Assembly (NCBI RefSeq): GCF_964355755.1
Contig: NC_092674.1
Coordinates: 12,524,001-12,588,000 of the forward strand
DNA from: Antedon mediterranea
Lineage: Eukaryota > Animalia > Echinodermata
Direction of reading: 5' to 3'
DNA length: 64,000 nucleotides
Each line of letters opens with the position of its first letter. The stretch's first letter is position 1. Position numbers and translations under genes: made by a program. Under the pieces are notes generated by a model. It was given only the letters and a program-made list of their open reading frames with translations, was not told where the DNA came from and did not search any database. Of the stretch, positions 27,276 through 41,500 are shown one piece after another.

Positions 27276-29066
27276 ATGGCAACTCCGCGACTTACTCGGT
27301 CCCAAACCCGTACAACCCTTATTAGTACCCCTGGGTTGGCTCCTAACTTTGAGAGTCCACCTAGCCCTCCCCCACCATCTCAATCCGAAACAGCTCTGCA
27401 AATGCGCATGCTTGAGTTAGAACTTGAACTCCAACGTCTTCGAATGCGTCAACAACCGCCCCAGGATACTCATAGCCCCATTAATAAGATCCCTAAAATC
27501 ACAGATAAGGATGACATTGACATCTACTTGTCATGCTTTGAGCGTATTGCAGCACAGTGCCAAATTCCCCCTGAAAATTGGACCCTACACCTTCTCCCAA
27601 AATTAACTGGTAAAGCCAGGGAGGCCTACAACGATATGCCTTTACAGAATTTCGTATATAACGACCTTAAAGATGCTATCCTCTTGAAGTACCACCTCAC
27701 AGCCGAAACATATCGGAAACAATTTAGACAAACCCCCAAACCCCTTTCAATGTCCACTAGAGAGTGGGTTGGAAAACTTGATCGAGACATGACGAGGTGG
27801 CTCCGAAGTGCAAAAGTTAACCTACAAGACCCCAAAGAAATTCTTGACTTTTTTGTTTTAGATCAGGCAATCCAAAAACTCCCCTTCCCACTTGCTTCCC
27901 TAATCAAAGAAAGAGAGCCCAAAACGTCCAATGAATTTTCTCGAATTGCCGATACCTTGATTGAAATTAAAGGTAAACCCTGGATGGAATCTATCTCTAA
28001 GCCCAACACCAGACCTTCCACGAGAATATCCGCCCCTCCATCAATAGCCCCGCCGTCTCCTAGTTACAGTCCCGCATCCCAAGGCCCTCCCCAACCTACA
28101 TCGAGTTATTCCCCAAAACCCTTGCTCTCGATCCCTTTTGATAATTATTCAGCCCCTGCCAGTACCTACACAAATCGTCAATACACCACACAAAACATTA
28201 CATGCTACAAATGTAATAAACCAGGCCACATTAGTCGACAATGTCCCCTTAACAACAACCCTGCAAAAGATCAATTACTAGGCCTGTATGTTAAACGCAA
28301 TTATGGGACAAACCCATGGTTACTGTCTGGTACAATTAACAACAGACATGCCGAAATACTTAGAGACACTGGGTGCTCCCAAAGCATTGTAAAAAGTACT
28401 TTTGTTAAACCCAAGGATTATACCAGTGAAACTGTTACCATACAAGGCTTTACTGGTCAATACGTAACCCTCCCAGTTGTACACGTACATATTGATTGTA
28501 AGGCTTATAAAGGAAAATTAAAGGCAGCCGTGAGTAATGACACTCCTAAAGACTTATTACTTGGCAACGAAGTTATGACCGGTAACCCCAACGACGTCAC
28601 TTGGCCCCCTTCTATATTAGCTATTACCAGAAAAGAAGCCCATAACCAAGAAAGACAAGAGGCTATTAATTTAGCTGCTGCTCTTAATGTTAAAACGTCC
28701 CCAATCACTGATTGTCCCCCAAGATTGTACCACATTGTCAAGAAAAATGACATTGCTAGGACCAGCGTTAAACAAGCCCAAGCGAAACAGAAACATTATT
28801 ATGATAAGAAAACATTGCCTCGAAAATTTAAGGTTGGTCAGAAAGTATTAATTCTCCTCCCAGATGACACATCGAAAGTTAAATCTAAATGGCAAGGTCC
28901 CTATCCTATCTCTAAAGTTTTCAGTGATGTTAATTATGAAATACTAGTTGGTAACAAACACAAAACATACCACATTAATTTACTACGGTTATATAATGAA
29001 CGTCCACAGAAACAAAACAATGATTATATGTACAGTACAGTAGTTAAGAGTGCCTTTTTTCAGTAA
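27276..29066 (+). CDS. 596-aa Gag (SCAN-like capsid, CCHC knuckle) plus aspartic protease plus integrase C-terminal GPY/F region; no RT, RNase H or integrase core
   Basis: Motifs DDIDIYLSCFER...LTGKAREAY, CYKCNKPGHISRQC, LRDTGCSQS, DLLLGNE, KQKHYYDK, KWQGPYPI, YHINLLR. Confidence 0.9.
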   Translation: MATPRLTRSQTRTTLISTPGLAPNFESPPSPPPPSQSETALQMRMLELELELQRLRMRQQPPQDTHSPINKIPKITDKDDIDIYLSCFERIAAQCQIPPENWTLHLLPKLTGKAREAYNDMPLQNFVYNDLKDAILLKYHLTAETYRKQFRQTPKPLSMSTREWVGKLDRDMTRWLRSAKVNLQDPKEILDFFVLDQAIQKLPFPLASLIKEREPKTSNEFSRIADTLIEIKGKPWMESISKPNTRPSTRISAPPSIAPPSPSYSPASQGPPQPTSSYSPKPLLSIPFDNYSAPASTYTNRQYTTQNITCYKCNKPGHISRQCPLNNNPAKDQLLGLYVKRNYGTNPWLLSGTINNRHAEILRDTGCSQSIVKSTFVKPKDYTSETVTIQGFTGQYVTLPVVHVHIDCKAYKGKLKAAVSNDTPKDLLLGNEVMTGNPNDVTWPPSILAITRKEAHNQERQEAINLAAALNVKTSPITDCPPRLYHIVKKNDIARTSVKQAQAKQKHYYDKKTLPRKFKVGQKVLILLPDDTSKVKSKWQGPYPISKVFSDVNYEILVGNKHKTYHINLLRLYNERPQKQNNDYMYSTVVKSAFFQ

Positions 29067-32000
29067 TTTTGTAAAATCAATTTCATCTTGTATGTATAAT
29101 CTTAAATATAATACGCTTATTTACTTATCAGATTGGATTTAGTTAAATGTAGTATTAAGTTTACTGCCACTGTCATGATGATGTGTATGTTGAATTGTGT
29201 TTTATTGGTTCTCCCCTCCTGCCCACTGGGTACAAGAAGCTTTTCACAACTATGTTCTCTGAATGAAGTTAATTATAATGGATCACAAGAAACTTTTAAC
29301 ACTTACATGAGAATTACTTATTGATAAACTATTTCACTTTATTTGACTCGGATTGATGAGAAACTTGAATCCAGAAATGTACATTTTTTGAAGATTTTCT
29401 TCAAGATATAGTGGACAGTCAACTGCAGTTATGTCGTTCTCAGATTTTTTTGTTATGAACTGAATTTTGGGAAGCAGGTCAACTTGTTTCTAGGCAACAG
29501 CTGATTGATGGATCTATCAGGAGTAAATACAGGAGTTCCTACATTTATGTCCCGCTGACTTTCATTTTCAACTGAACATGTTTGCTGAGCTATATATTAT
29601 TATGAACGCTTTATATTGTTATTATGACTTTTAATTTGAGAACTTTTACCAATTTTACTTTTACTTTTGTATGTTTTGCCACGTTTGCCGATTTATTGAT
29701 TTGTGACGATTTGCGTTACTTTTTCTTTTGTTTAGATTTAAGATGTTCGTAGTTAAGTTTGTTTCTCAATACATTTTTGGCTCAGTGACTCGTTGGTTTC
29801 GAAGACACGGCTTCGAATTGACGAGCGGGGGAATGTAACATGGTGGGACCAAACCCTATTAGTCACACAGGCTATTCACCCCTTACTCTCCCCGATGCCT
29901 ACTTAACTTGGAACACTACATTCCTGAGGTGGGTCTTCCAAGGAAAGTCAATCAGGATGTGGTACCATTTAATTAGTCATCCTTCCTGTCCCCTTAATAT
30001 AAATATATGTTTTGTAGTTAAGTTAGTTAGTTCGGGTATTGATTCTTGAGACTATAACATCAGTCAGAATCACTACGTTTCACATTGTTTTATAATATTA
30101 CTTTTTGATTGAATAAATATTATATTTTGTACATTGAATAATTGTGTGCCATCGTTATTGTCTTGGCCCTCGACACGACTACCGTTACAAGATACAAACA
30201 AGGAAAACGCTTATTCATCATTACTAACAAGTAAGTTATCAATGATAGTTATTTCTTCAGGTTGGTGTACTTACATTTCCATCACATAACCCTTACATTC
30301 TATCACGTAAAGTATTAAGAGTACACGCCTGTTCATGTGCGCCATATTATTGCTCATATATTCTTTACTAAAATAATTTTGCAAGCACGTTAATGTATTG
30401 ATTCAACATTACTTTGTTTATCAATATTGGGGTTGTATATTCATATGAAGTAATAATATTAACAAGGTCATCACTCGGGAAACCAAATTTTTGGGAAAAA
30501 AGCAATGGATTTGATACTGCATGACATTTTTTTTCTGTTATTAACCATAATAGAAAGTAAAAATAAAATGTCAACTATTGCTATATTTTGGGGTTAAAGG
30601 TCACCAAATACAGGTCAAAATACCAAAAATTATATTTTTAAAATAAAACCATTATAATGGTTTAGATTCACGGTGATTCTAGAAACAGCAGCGAATTTAT
30701 CAAAACTGTTGTTTTTGCTCTTTTAAATTGAAATTTCATGGTTTCTCCCAGTTTCCATGGTTACAAGACACTATTACAATTTACCAAACATACCATTATT
30801 AGTGGATTTATATTTAAGATGTCTTCTTCCTAAACAATATTAAAAAGTTTGGCACACTTTGAATTGATTTTGTCCCACTGTGCCATGGGCCAAGAGCTAT
30901 TCCTTTATTATTCTATTTTTTTTAATCGGTAATCGTGACCCTTTATAAGTTGTTGTATATGATGTGCCAGCGTGCTACGTTCTAGACATTGGAATAGTAA
31001 ACAACTTAACTAATAGTAAAAAGAACTTGAAACGAATTTTAAACGTCTGTCCAGCATTAGAGATAATCTTAAAAAATTCTCTTCTGGAAAGAGGTAATAG
31101 ATGCATGGAGTAATTTTATTTCTATTCATTATCCAAAGTCTGTTGACGAGCTATTAAGAATGCAAATTTGGAATAATGAAGTAATAAGAATAGGCAACGA
31201 ATGTATAAGATATGGAAATTGGGAAAAAGCAGGTATTCTGTTTGTTAATGATTTGTTTAACAGCAATGGGCAATTTATGAACAAAAAAGAAGTCGAAGAT
31301 ACCTATGGAATTAAGATAAATTATATAAAATTAATAGGATTAAGAAGGCTTCTTATGGAAAAATTTAACAATTTAATGATATGGGAAATTAAAAAAAAAA
31401 CTGTTTTGCCAGATATTCCATTTCATATAAAAAGTACTCTTTCAACAAAGAAAGGGATGTCGTATTTTGTATGATGTTTTAAATAACTCAATGTTTAAAT
31501 CATGGAAAGCACAAAAGAAATGGGCAGAGAATAAATTTGTATTCAATAACGAACAATTGAAAACAATCTACCTAGATCCACATACGTGTATAATGCATAT
31601 TGTTTTAATATATTTTCAATATAAAATTGTAAACAGAATAATTGCAACAAATGAACAATTATTTAAAATTAATATAAAAGAAACTTCAATGTGCTCATTT
31701 AGAGATGGTAAAATTGAAACCATTTTGCATTTGTTCTGTAATTGTCGAATAGTAAAAAGGATATGGAACCTCCTCCAGGAAAAAAATATCAGAAAAAACT
31801 TGAGCGCATTTATTTTTAGTAAAGAGAGCTTTATTTTCGGATACCAAGATGCGCATCAGTTTTATAATTTAAAAGTCATTAATGCAATTATTCTAATTGT
31901 AAAATCATTTATTTATAGTTAAATGTAAGCCAACTATCAAAATGGTTATGAACGAGTTAAAAAGGTTTTATGAAACGGAAAAATGTATTTATCATCAGAA

Positions 32001-35000
32001 TTTCCAGGACAGTATTTTAAATAGAAAATGGATAAAATTAGAAGCAGTTATAAATCAAATATGAAATTGTTAGAGATTAGAATAATTTTTATGAACCTTT
32101 ATTTAATTTGTGAGATGGATATCTTTGTTGTTTTTTGTTTAATTTTTATTTTTTATTTGATTATGTTTTTCCTTTGTAATGTATTATAAGATGGAAAAAA
32201 AAAAGTAAACAACCAAATAAAAGTGAAATTGGGTAGACTTGTAAATGGTAGTTGCGAATTAATTGCCATTTCTTACAAAGGGAGCATACCGCCTCTCGAA
32301 ACTACGTATTTTGGTACCTGGATGTGTATAGCATGGCCTCCGGATGTCTACGCATGAGCTGGACCAACTTCTAAATATATTTACTCTATAAATATTTCTT
32401 ACAGAGGGACACCGCCAGATTAAGTGCGTCCTATCACTAGTAAGTAACTTGATTCTGATTTCTAACTACAGGACAGATATTGACGCGTAAACCACAAAGA
32501 AAATGAGTTTGTGAATTAGTAGACGTTTTACTGTAATATTAAATATATTTGTTACTAAAAATTAGTTTGATAAAATATATTCTACAAAATTAGTAGGCCT
32601 AATCGTTTTCCCCTAATAAATTAAGGGGATGGGGGGTGGGGGCACGTGTTTGTTTATGAGTGAGAATCAATAAGGCATTTAGTTAAAATGCAGACCGTCT
32701 TAAATTACTGGACATGTTCCGATAAATATATTCTCATCATCAGAATTGTAATCAAAGCCTAGAATACTTGTATACGTACAAAGTTGCGTTTAAATGAGTC
32801 AATCATTAGCATGAGAATAGATTTATCGAAACATGTCACGTAATTTTAAGATGGTCCACATTTTCATTAAATGCCTTATGATATTATTGATTATCAATCG
32901 TAATTTGGTGGTATTATACATGATGTGCCTGTTTATATACAGTGAAAGAGCTTATTTTAGTATCCTATAGTAATATAGTTTCTATATAAGAGAATATGTT
33001 ATTTCAAATCAGGTACAAAAGCCGACGATCCAAGCGAATTACATGTTTAAAAAAAATCGGAAAACACTCATTTGTTATTTTCAAAACACATTGAAAATCG
33101 GCGCGGTCCGATGGCATTCGTGACTGGCGGAAAAACGCAACAAAAATGAAAAACGAAAATGGCATGTTGTGTTTTCTGTAGGCCTATACAGTAATTAGTT
33201 TCTCAGATACCACCGTTTACAGTAGTATAATTGGGTGTTTATTTCAAGCTCATATCAACGGGCAAAGAAATCCTCGTTATTAAAAAAAACATATTTAAAC
33301 TTATTCACTATAGTATATTTAAATTATCTACTTATTACTTTATTTATATATTGTTTTCTCTTTTTACTTGGTTAGATAAAACAAACGGAAAACATTCTAG
33401 TTGAAATTGTTTATGTTAATTATATCCACAGATTGCACTATTTTCTTTATACTTAATTAGGTAATCTTTTCGTACTGTTGGGAATTGATAAATATTTCAG
33501 TTCAATTATTTTCCAAAATAGTGGTACACAACAATGAAAGAAAACAACATTTTTGTTACGTTCTTGTCATTAGAAATATTCTTGCGACTGAGGTGAACTT
33601 CGAAAATGCCGGTCAGATATAAAAAAAAACAGTTACAAGGAATAAATTAGCAATTGTCACTGCATACTCATCCATCAAACTAGCCTACATCGAGAAAATA
33701 TTTAATTCTATGAATCTTATGATGGTTAGTTTTATAGGAACAATAGTACTATTTTTATTTGTTTTGGCAATTAATGCAATTAAAGCGTAATTAATTCGTC
33801 ATATTCCATTTGGAATACTACGTCCTGTAAAATGACTATAGAATGTTCTGATTTGTTAATTTTTAAATTATATTATAATATACAGAATTATATATTATTT
33901 AAAATGTTCGGGTAGCTTCCATGCATGCGGCTTTTGGCCTTAATGGAAGTCCTTTTGTATATTTTTTCTTTTTTTACAGTATAATTTAATTTTGTTTAAA
34001 CTACAGGCGTGGCCCGTGAAAAAAAAAATCAAAGTATATGTATCGCCGTCAACGGCAAATATTGGAGCAGATCAAAAACTACATCAACCGGGAAATCACG
34101 AAATCAATTTTATACCGCGGACGATTGAAAATCTGCCGATGAAATCAGAAAGGTTGTTTTAACACCTTTTATAATATCTGCCTAAGAGAGAAATATTATT
34201 AAATCTACGTTTCGCGTATCTGAGATAGATAATGTAGGTATGCAAGGCGGAAATCTTTTTCCATTGTGCTCAAAAGTAACCATAATTTAAGTATAGATAC
34301 ACTAACATCGTGGAGCACATTTAGCTCGTAGTATCAGGTACGTGCACATAACATCGCATTGGTAAGTCACAAACATATTAGTAAAATGCACAACACTGCA
34401 GTAATAGTTATTAAAACATAAAGGTTATGAAATAATCAAATTAAACAAATGTCTATCCTTACACGTACGAAAAAAACACCAACAGTTATCTAACAACACG
34501 AATTCCTTACCTTCGCGCAAACACTGAAAGAACGAATGATTATTTATTATGCTTAATTCTGGAATAGGTATGCACAATGTAAAACGCATAGCACCAACTC
34601 CTTGTCGGTTCTTACCCCAGCTGTTCCATTCATCTAATATCTTAGAAAAGATAGTATTAGTGTTTTTAATGTCTTATGTCATCGGTAGACTTTTAACAGT
34701 CATCGGTAAAGTTACTTCCGAGTTCGTCATCACTTTACGATTTCCAACTTCGCTGTATAGTCCCAATAAAACCTCTGTACAAAACGCTTGCAGCTGTCCC
34801 ACATATGAACGTGGCATGTACATTTGATATACATTTGAGTCCAGATAGTTCATGTTTCTCTCTTTAAACGTCAAAATGTACTAATTTGTATTAATTATAT
34901 TGTAGAATACTATGGTTTGGCTATTTAATATTATTGTAACTCAGACTGTTTAAAACTTAATGAAGAAATAGCTCATAATGTGTAATATGTTATAAATTCT

Positions 35001-35438
35001 GTATACACTACGATAGGACGTGACGTTATTATTATATTACAGTTGTAGACTATGTATAAATTTTATAATGTACCGCGATGGTAAGATTCGCATAGAAATT
35101 AATAATATTACAAGTAATAAATATTAATTTATAAAGATTAAACAAGTTATTACAAAGTTTGACATCAATTGTGACAAAACCTTGGTTAATCTGACTTTCC
35201 AATGTCAAGATTAACCATGACGAGGCAGTGGTGTTCCGAACCATGTGAGGGATACAACCGTGCAGTTCTCGACAATTTAGTCATCCTCGCCACAAAAATG
35301 GTCTGTAATATGACCCACGATGTGCTTGCTTCATTTAGGTATGTTATTATTGGCACGCCCTTTATATTGTAAAATTAAACACTTTTTTAAATCACATTGA
35401 ATTATATAGCACATATTATTTATGTGTGTAACACTTAC

Positions 35439-35537
35439 TTTGGTCTGAAGATCCAATTGAGCACCTTCCTTGAGCAAAATGGAGCAAACATCTGTGTGGC
35501 CGTTTTTTGCAGCCACATATAAAGGTGACGCTCCAAT
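35439..35537 (-). CDS. Ankyrin-repeat exon, IGASPLYVAAKNGHTDVCSILLKEGAQLDLQTK
   Basis: Inside ORF 35331..35555; 99 bp, canonical splice sites; identical to exons at 24463 and 7904. Confidence 0.9.
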
Positions 35538-38500
35538 CTGAAATATTACAAACATTATGTTATAGTATTTTCTCTCTCTAAACTAAGTATTATAATATTG
35601 TCCTGGAATCAATACGATGTGATCATTTAAAAATGACGTTATAGATTTAAATTATGCTACATAGTTAAATTAAATAAAGAGTATTAACCCTTTTCTTTAA
35701 GATAATGTATGTATACATATACATTTTTTGTCTTTCTTGTAGGCCTATAACATTTTTTTTACATTTTTTTATAAATTTATAAAACAAGTAAGTGTTTTTT
35801 TCTTTTTTAGCCTGAAAAGTAAACAGTTCATCCGATCCGATAGTGCTAACTAGTCTGAATGTAAACTGGCAGTTACAGCTAAAAATATATCTAGGCTCCA
35901 AATTCTGTTCAGGTAACACACTTTGACTGCAAAATTCTTACAATGATTACGGAATCTATTACGAGAGGTGATGGACTTTTTCTTTGAACGTCAAAATAGA
36001 GCATTGGATAGGTTGGGTCTTGCAAAATTTAATGTGTTTCCTCAATAAAGTCTCTTATAAAAGTGAATCAAATTGAGATTTACTTAATTATAACTACGCT
36101 TCACTTAGTAGTAGTAACTACTACTAAGTGAAGCATAACTAAAAATACGTTCCAGCTAATTCTTACATAGCGAGTAATGATAATATTTTTAATGATAGAT
36201 TTATAAAAAATTACTTAGGCCTATGGGAGGTTTAACTACAAAAGATTTAAGTCTACGCAAAAGTAAAGTCTATTTGATACTCTCATTAATGAGGTCGTGC
36301 CATTTAGGATCACTACGGTAGTGATTTATTTGCAGTCTCAACTTCAGATTGGGTACCGTACCGTATTTCATGATTTAGGTGATTTTCCTATTTTTGTTTG
36401 TTACTTTAGGTGGAATATACTGTATGGTACTGCAAATAAGTCAATATATAATAATAACCCACTACTCTAATATTAACCCATGGGGGTTACTCTTAAAGTG
36501 ACAAAAACTTATGATACAGCTGTATTTTGAAAATAAGTAGATAATGCAGGTTGATCTTGGGAGTAGGGGAGGATTGAGTGTTTTTGAGTTCAAACAAATT
36601 TGTTTATTCGTACTGTTTTATTATTTTGCTATAAGTTGCTGACCAAAAAAGTTGGGGTGGGTTACTATTTTCAGGTGCTTAATTTAAGATTAGTAATAGT
36701 AACCCATTACTCTAATTGTAACCCCCCTTCCAATATATATAATCTATATAATCATTATTGTATTGGCGTCACTTTACTGATCTCGTTTTTCTTTGTAAGA
36801 TTTTCAATTCTAATATAATTAATACTGACAATTTATTTAATATTCGTAATCCAAAACGAGTTACTCGTAGCTCATCTTCTGTTGGTACTCTTTTTGATAT
36901 TCGTCGCTGCAGAACTGAATCTTCTTTTCAATCATATCCCACGTGTTACCAGAATTTGGAATAACTTACCCAGTGAAATCCGCAACTTAAATATTTCTGT
37001 TAGTTCTTTTAAAGCCAAATTACTTAATTATCTCAATATTTATTCTTTAAATAATTTTGATATTGAAAAAGTGTGTAGTTGGTCGCTTTCTTGTAGATGC
37101 TTTAATTGTAGAACGTAATTTATTTATTTTTCTTATATGTTTCTTCTGGTTTGACAAACTAGCATAGGTGTTTAACACCTGTTTGGTCTTTCCGTGCCTC
37201 CTTTTATAATTATTTTGTCTTCTTTTTCATGTATATGGCAGAAATTGAATACATAAATAAATAAACACGGTATGTATTCAATTATCTCAACACAAATACC
37301 AATTGAAATGCAATGGTTTCTGTGATTAGTTCTTTAGTTCTTTTAAATATGTCTACTATAATCTTTCCATCTCTTCTGAAACCTGTTTTCAATACAATCA
37401 ATTGCCTGTTGTAGATACAAACAAGGAAAACGCTTATTCATCATTACTAACAAGTAAGTTATCAATGATAGTTATTTCTTCAGGTTGGTGTACTTACATT
37501 TCCATCACATAACCCTTACATTCTATCACGTAAAGTATTAAGAGTACACGCCTGTTCATGTGCGCCATATTATTGCTCATATATTCTTTACTAAAATAAT
37601 TTTGCAAGCACGTTAATGTATTGATTCAACATTACTTTGTTTATCAATATTGGGGTTGTATATTCATATGAAGTAATAATATTAACAAGGTCATCACTCG
37701 GGAAACCAAATTTTTGGGAAAAAAGCAATGGATTTGATACTGCATGACATTTTTTTTCTGTTATTAACCATAATAGAAAGTAAAAATAAAATGTCAACTA
37801 TTGCTATATTTTGGGGTTAAAGGTCACCAAATACAGGTCAAAATACCAAAAATTATATTTTTTAAATAAAACCATTATAATGGTTTAGATTCACGGTGAT
37901 TCTAGAAACAGCAGCGAATTTATCAAAACTGTTGTTTTTGCTCTTTTAAATTGAAATTTCATGGTTTCTCCCAGTTTCCATGGTTACAAGACACTATTAC
38001 AATTTACCAAACATACCATTATTAGTGGATTTATATTTAAGATGTCTTCTTCCTAAACAATATTAAAAAGTTTGGCACACTTTGAATTGATTTTGTCCCA
38101 CTGTGCCATGGGCCAAGAGCTATTCCTTTATTATTCTATTTTTTTTAATCGGTAATCGTGACCCTTTATAAGTTGTTGTATATGATGTGCCAGCGTGCTA
38201 CGTTCTAGACATTGGAATAGTAAACAACTTAACTAATAGTAAAAAGAACTTGAAACGAATTTTAAACGTCTGTCCAGCATTAGAGATAATCTTAAAAAAT
38301 TCTCTTCTGGAAAGAGGTAATAGATGCATGGAGTAATTTTATTTCTATTCATTATCCAAAGTCTGTTGACGAGCTATTAAGAATGCAAATTTGGAATAAT
38401 GAAGTAATAAGAATAGGCAACGAATGTATAAGATATGGAAATTGGGAAAAAGCAGGTATTCTGTTTGTTAATGATTTGTTTAACAGCAATGGGCAATTTA

Positions 38501-41500
38501 TGAACAAAAAAGAAGTCGAAGATACCTATGGAATTAAGATAAATTATATAAAATTAATAGGATTAAGAAGGCTTCTTATGGAAAAATTTAACAATTTAAT
38601 GATATGGGAAATTAAAAAAAAAACTGTTTTGCCAGATATTCCATTTCATATAAAAAGTACTCTTTCAACAAAGAAAGGGATGTCGTATTTTGTATGATGT
38701 TTTAAATAACTCAATGTTTAAATCATGGAAAGCACAAAAGAAATGGGCAGAGAATAAATTTGTATTCAATAACGAACAATTGAAAACAATCTAGCTCCAC
38801 ATACCTGTACAATGAATATTGTTTTAATATATTTTCAATATAAAATTGTAAACAGAATAATTGCAACAAATGAACAATTATTTAAAATGAATATAAAATA
38901 AACTTCAATGTGCTCATTTAGAGATGGTAAAATCGAAACCATTTAGCATTTGTTCTGTAATTGTCCAATAGTAAAAAGGATATGGAACCAGCTCCTCCAG
39001 GTAAAAATTTAGAAAAAACTTGAGTGCAATTTATTTTTAGTAAAGAGAGCATTATTTTCGGATACCAAGATGCGCATCAGTTTTTTAATTTAAAAGCCAT
39101 TAATGCAATTATTCTAATTGTAAAATCATTTATTTATAAATGTAAACTAGTTAAATGTAAGCCAACTATCAAAATGGTTATGAACTAGTTAAAAAGGCTT
39201 TATGAAACAGTATTTTAAATAGAAAATGGATAAAATTAGAAGCAGTTATGAATCAAATATGAAATTGTTAGAGATTAGAATAATTTTTATGAACCTTTAT
39301 TTAATTTGTGAGATGGATATCTTTGTTGTTTTTTGTTTAATATTTATTTTTTATTTGATTATGTTTTTCCTTTGTAATGTATTATATGATGAAAACAAAA
39401 AATAGTAAACAACCAAATAAAAGTGACATTGGGTAGACTTGTAAATGGTAGTTGCGAATGAATTGCCATTTCTTACAAAGGGAGCATACCGCTTCTCGAA
39501 ACTACGTATTTTGGTACCTGGATGTGTATAGCATGGCCTCCGGATGTCTACGCGTGAATGGGCCAACTTCTAAATATATTTACTCTATAAATATTTCTTA
39601 CAGAGGGACACCGCCAGATTAAGTGCGTCCTATCACTAGTAAGTAACTTGATTCAGATTTCTAACTACAGGATAGATATTTGTTAATTTCAAAACATATT
39701 GCAAATCGACGCGGACCGATGGCATTCGTGACTGGCGGAACAACGCAACAAAAATGAAAAACGAAAATGGCATGTTGTGTTTTCTGTAGGCCTATACAGT
39801 AATTAGTTTCTCAGATACCACCGTTTACAGTAGTAGAATTGGGTGTTTATTTCAAGCTCACATAAACGGGCAAAGAAATCCTGGTTATTAAAACAAAACA
39901 TATTTAAACTTATTCACTATAGTATATTTAAATTATCTACTTATTAATTTATTTATATAATGTTTTCTCTTTTTACTTGGTTAGATAAAACAAACGGAAA
40001 ACATTCTAGTTGTTTATGTTAATTATACCCACAGATTGCACTATTTTCTTTATACTTAATTAGGTAATCTTTTTGTACTGTTGTGAATTGATAAATATTT
40101 CAGTTCAATTATTTCCCAAAATAGTGGTACACAACAATGAAAGAAAATGTGAAAACGACATTTTTGTTACGATCTTGTCATTAGAAATATTCTTGCGACT
40201 GAGGTGAATTTCGAAAATGCGGGTCAGATAAAAAAAAAACAGTTACAAGCAATAAATTAGCAATTGTCACTGCATACTTATCCATCAAACTAGCCTCCAT
40301 CAAGAAAATATTCAATTCCATGAATCTTATGAGGGTTAGTTTTATAGGAACAATAGTACTATTTTTATTTGTTTTGGCAATTAATGCAATTAAAGCGTAA
40401 TTAATTCGTCATATTCCATTTGGAATACTACGTCCTGTAAAATGACTAGAATGTTCTGATTTGTTAATTTTTAAATTATATTAGGCCTATATACAGAATT
40501 ATATATTATTTAAAATGTTCGGGTAGCTTCCATGCATGCGGCTTTTGGCCTTAATGGAAGTCCTTTTGTATATTTTTTCTTTTTTTACAGTATAATTTAA
40601 TTTTGTTTAAACTACAGGCGTGGCCCGTGAAAAAAAAAATCAAAGTATATGTGTCACCATCAACGGCAAATATTGGAGCAGAGCAAAAACTATATCAACC
40701 GGGAAATCACGAAATCAATTTTATACCGTGGACGATTGAAAATCTGCCGATGAAATCAGAAAGGTTGTTTTAACACCTTTTATAATATCTGCCTAAGAGA
40801 GAAATATTATTAAATCTACGTTTCGCGTATCTGAGATAGATAATGTAGGTATGCAAGGTGGAAATCTTTTTCCATTGTACTAAAAATTAACCATACATAT
40901 TATTTTGTTTTATTTATTGTAATGCGCCGTGTTCTTTATATCTTTGATTGTATATTGTTTTTCAATAATAATAAGGTAATTTCTCTTAGTATTAAAGCGT
41001 AACACCGCGGCTTTAAAATGTATATTGCTTATTATAAAATATAAACCTTTTAATCAACATTGGTAATAACCGTGCCTAATTTTAGACAGCACTCAGGAAA
41101 AGTAAAGTAGCTTCTTTAAAAAAAGTTGTTCTATAAGACAATACTACAGTCTGTACGCGTGTGAAGTGGAACTAATTCGCCTTAAAATACTAGTTTTAAA
41201 ATATCATAGTTAATTAACCTTTTAAATAGCTGATAATCAAAGATGTGCGCGCGTGCAAATTAACAATAGAAATTAATATTTATTTACAGAAGCTAACATT
41301 ATGTTTTCTATTCGAAAAACGTTCTTGTTATGGAACACAGTAAGTGATTGGTGTAACTTCACACTAACGATATATTGAAACATTATATTAATTAGTCTCC
41401 TTTACATAGACCTTGGTCATATGCGATTATTTGAAATTCAGATAAGTTTAGTATTGATATTATGTTACTGAGGTGTAGTAGTCTGCTACATGCAATGTGG

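Larger units (their letters stand above)
26442..30189 (+). mobile_element. Young non-autonomous Ty3/Gypsy (Gmr1-like) LTR retrotransposon
   Basis: 356-bp TG...CA LTRs at 26442-26797 and 29834-30189, identical by eye; 5-bp TSD AGATA; PBS TGGTGGCAGTGGT (tRNA-Leu-like) at 26798; PPT GAGCGGGGGAA at 29823-29833; empty sites at 11162, 19186 and 37411. Confidence 0.96.
18739..40895. repeat. Tandem array of the 7,223-bp ankyrin unit: copy B 18739-25992, copy C 25993-36968 (with LTR element), truncated copy D 36969-40895
   Basis: ORF-track offsets are 10,976 (24355 vs 35331) and 7,223 (30368 vs 37591); the difference of 3,753 equals the LTR element (3,748) plus a 5-bp TSD. Confidence 0.95.

Noticed and set aside
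27276-29066. Domesticated Gag/SCAN host gene
   Set aside because: Flanked by matching LTRs with TSD, PBS and PPT, and absent from paralogous sites, so it is a recent insertion.
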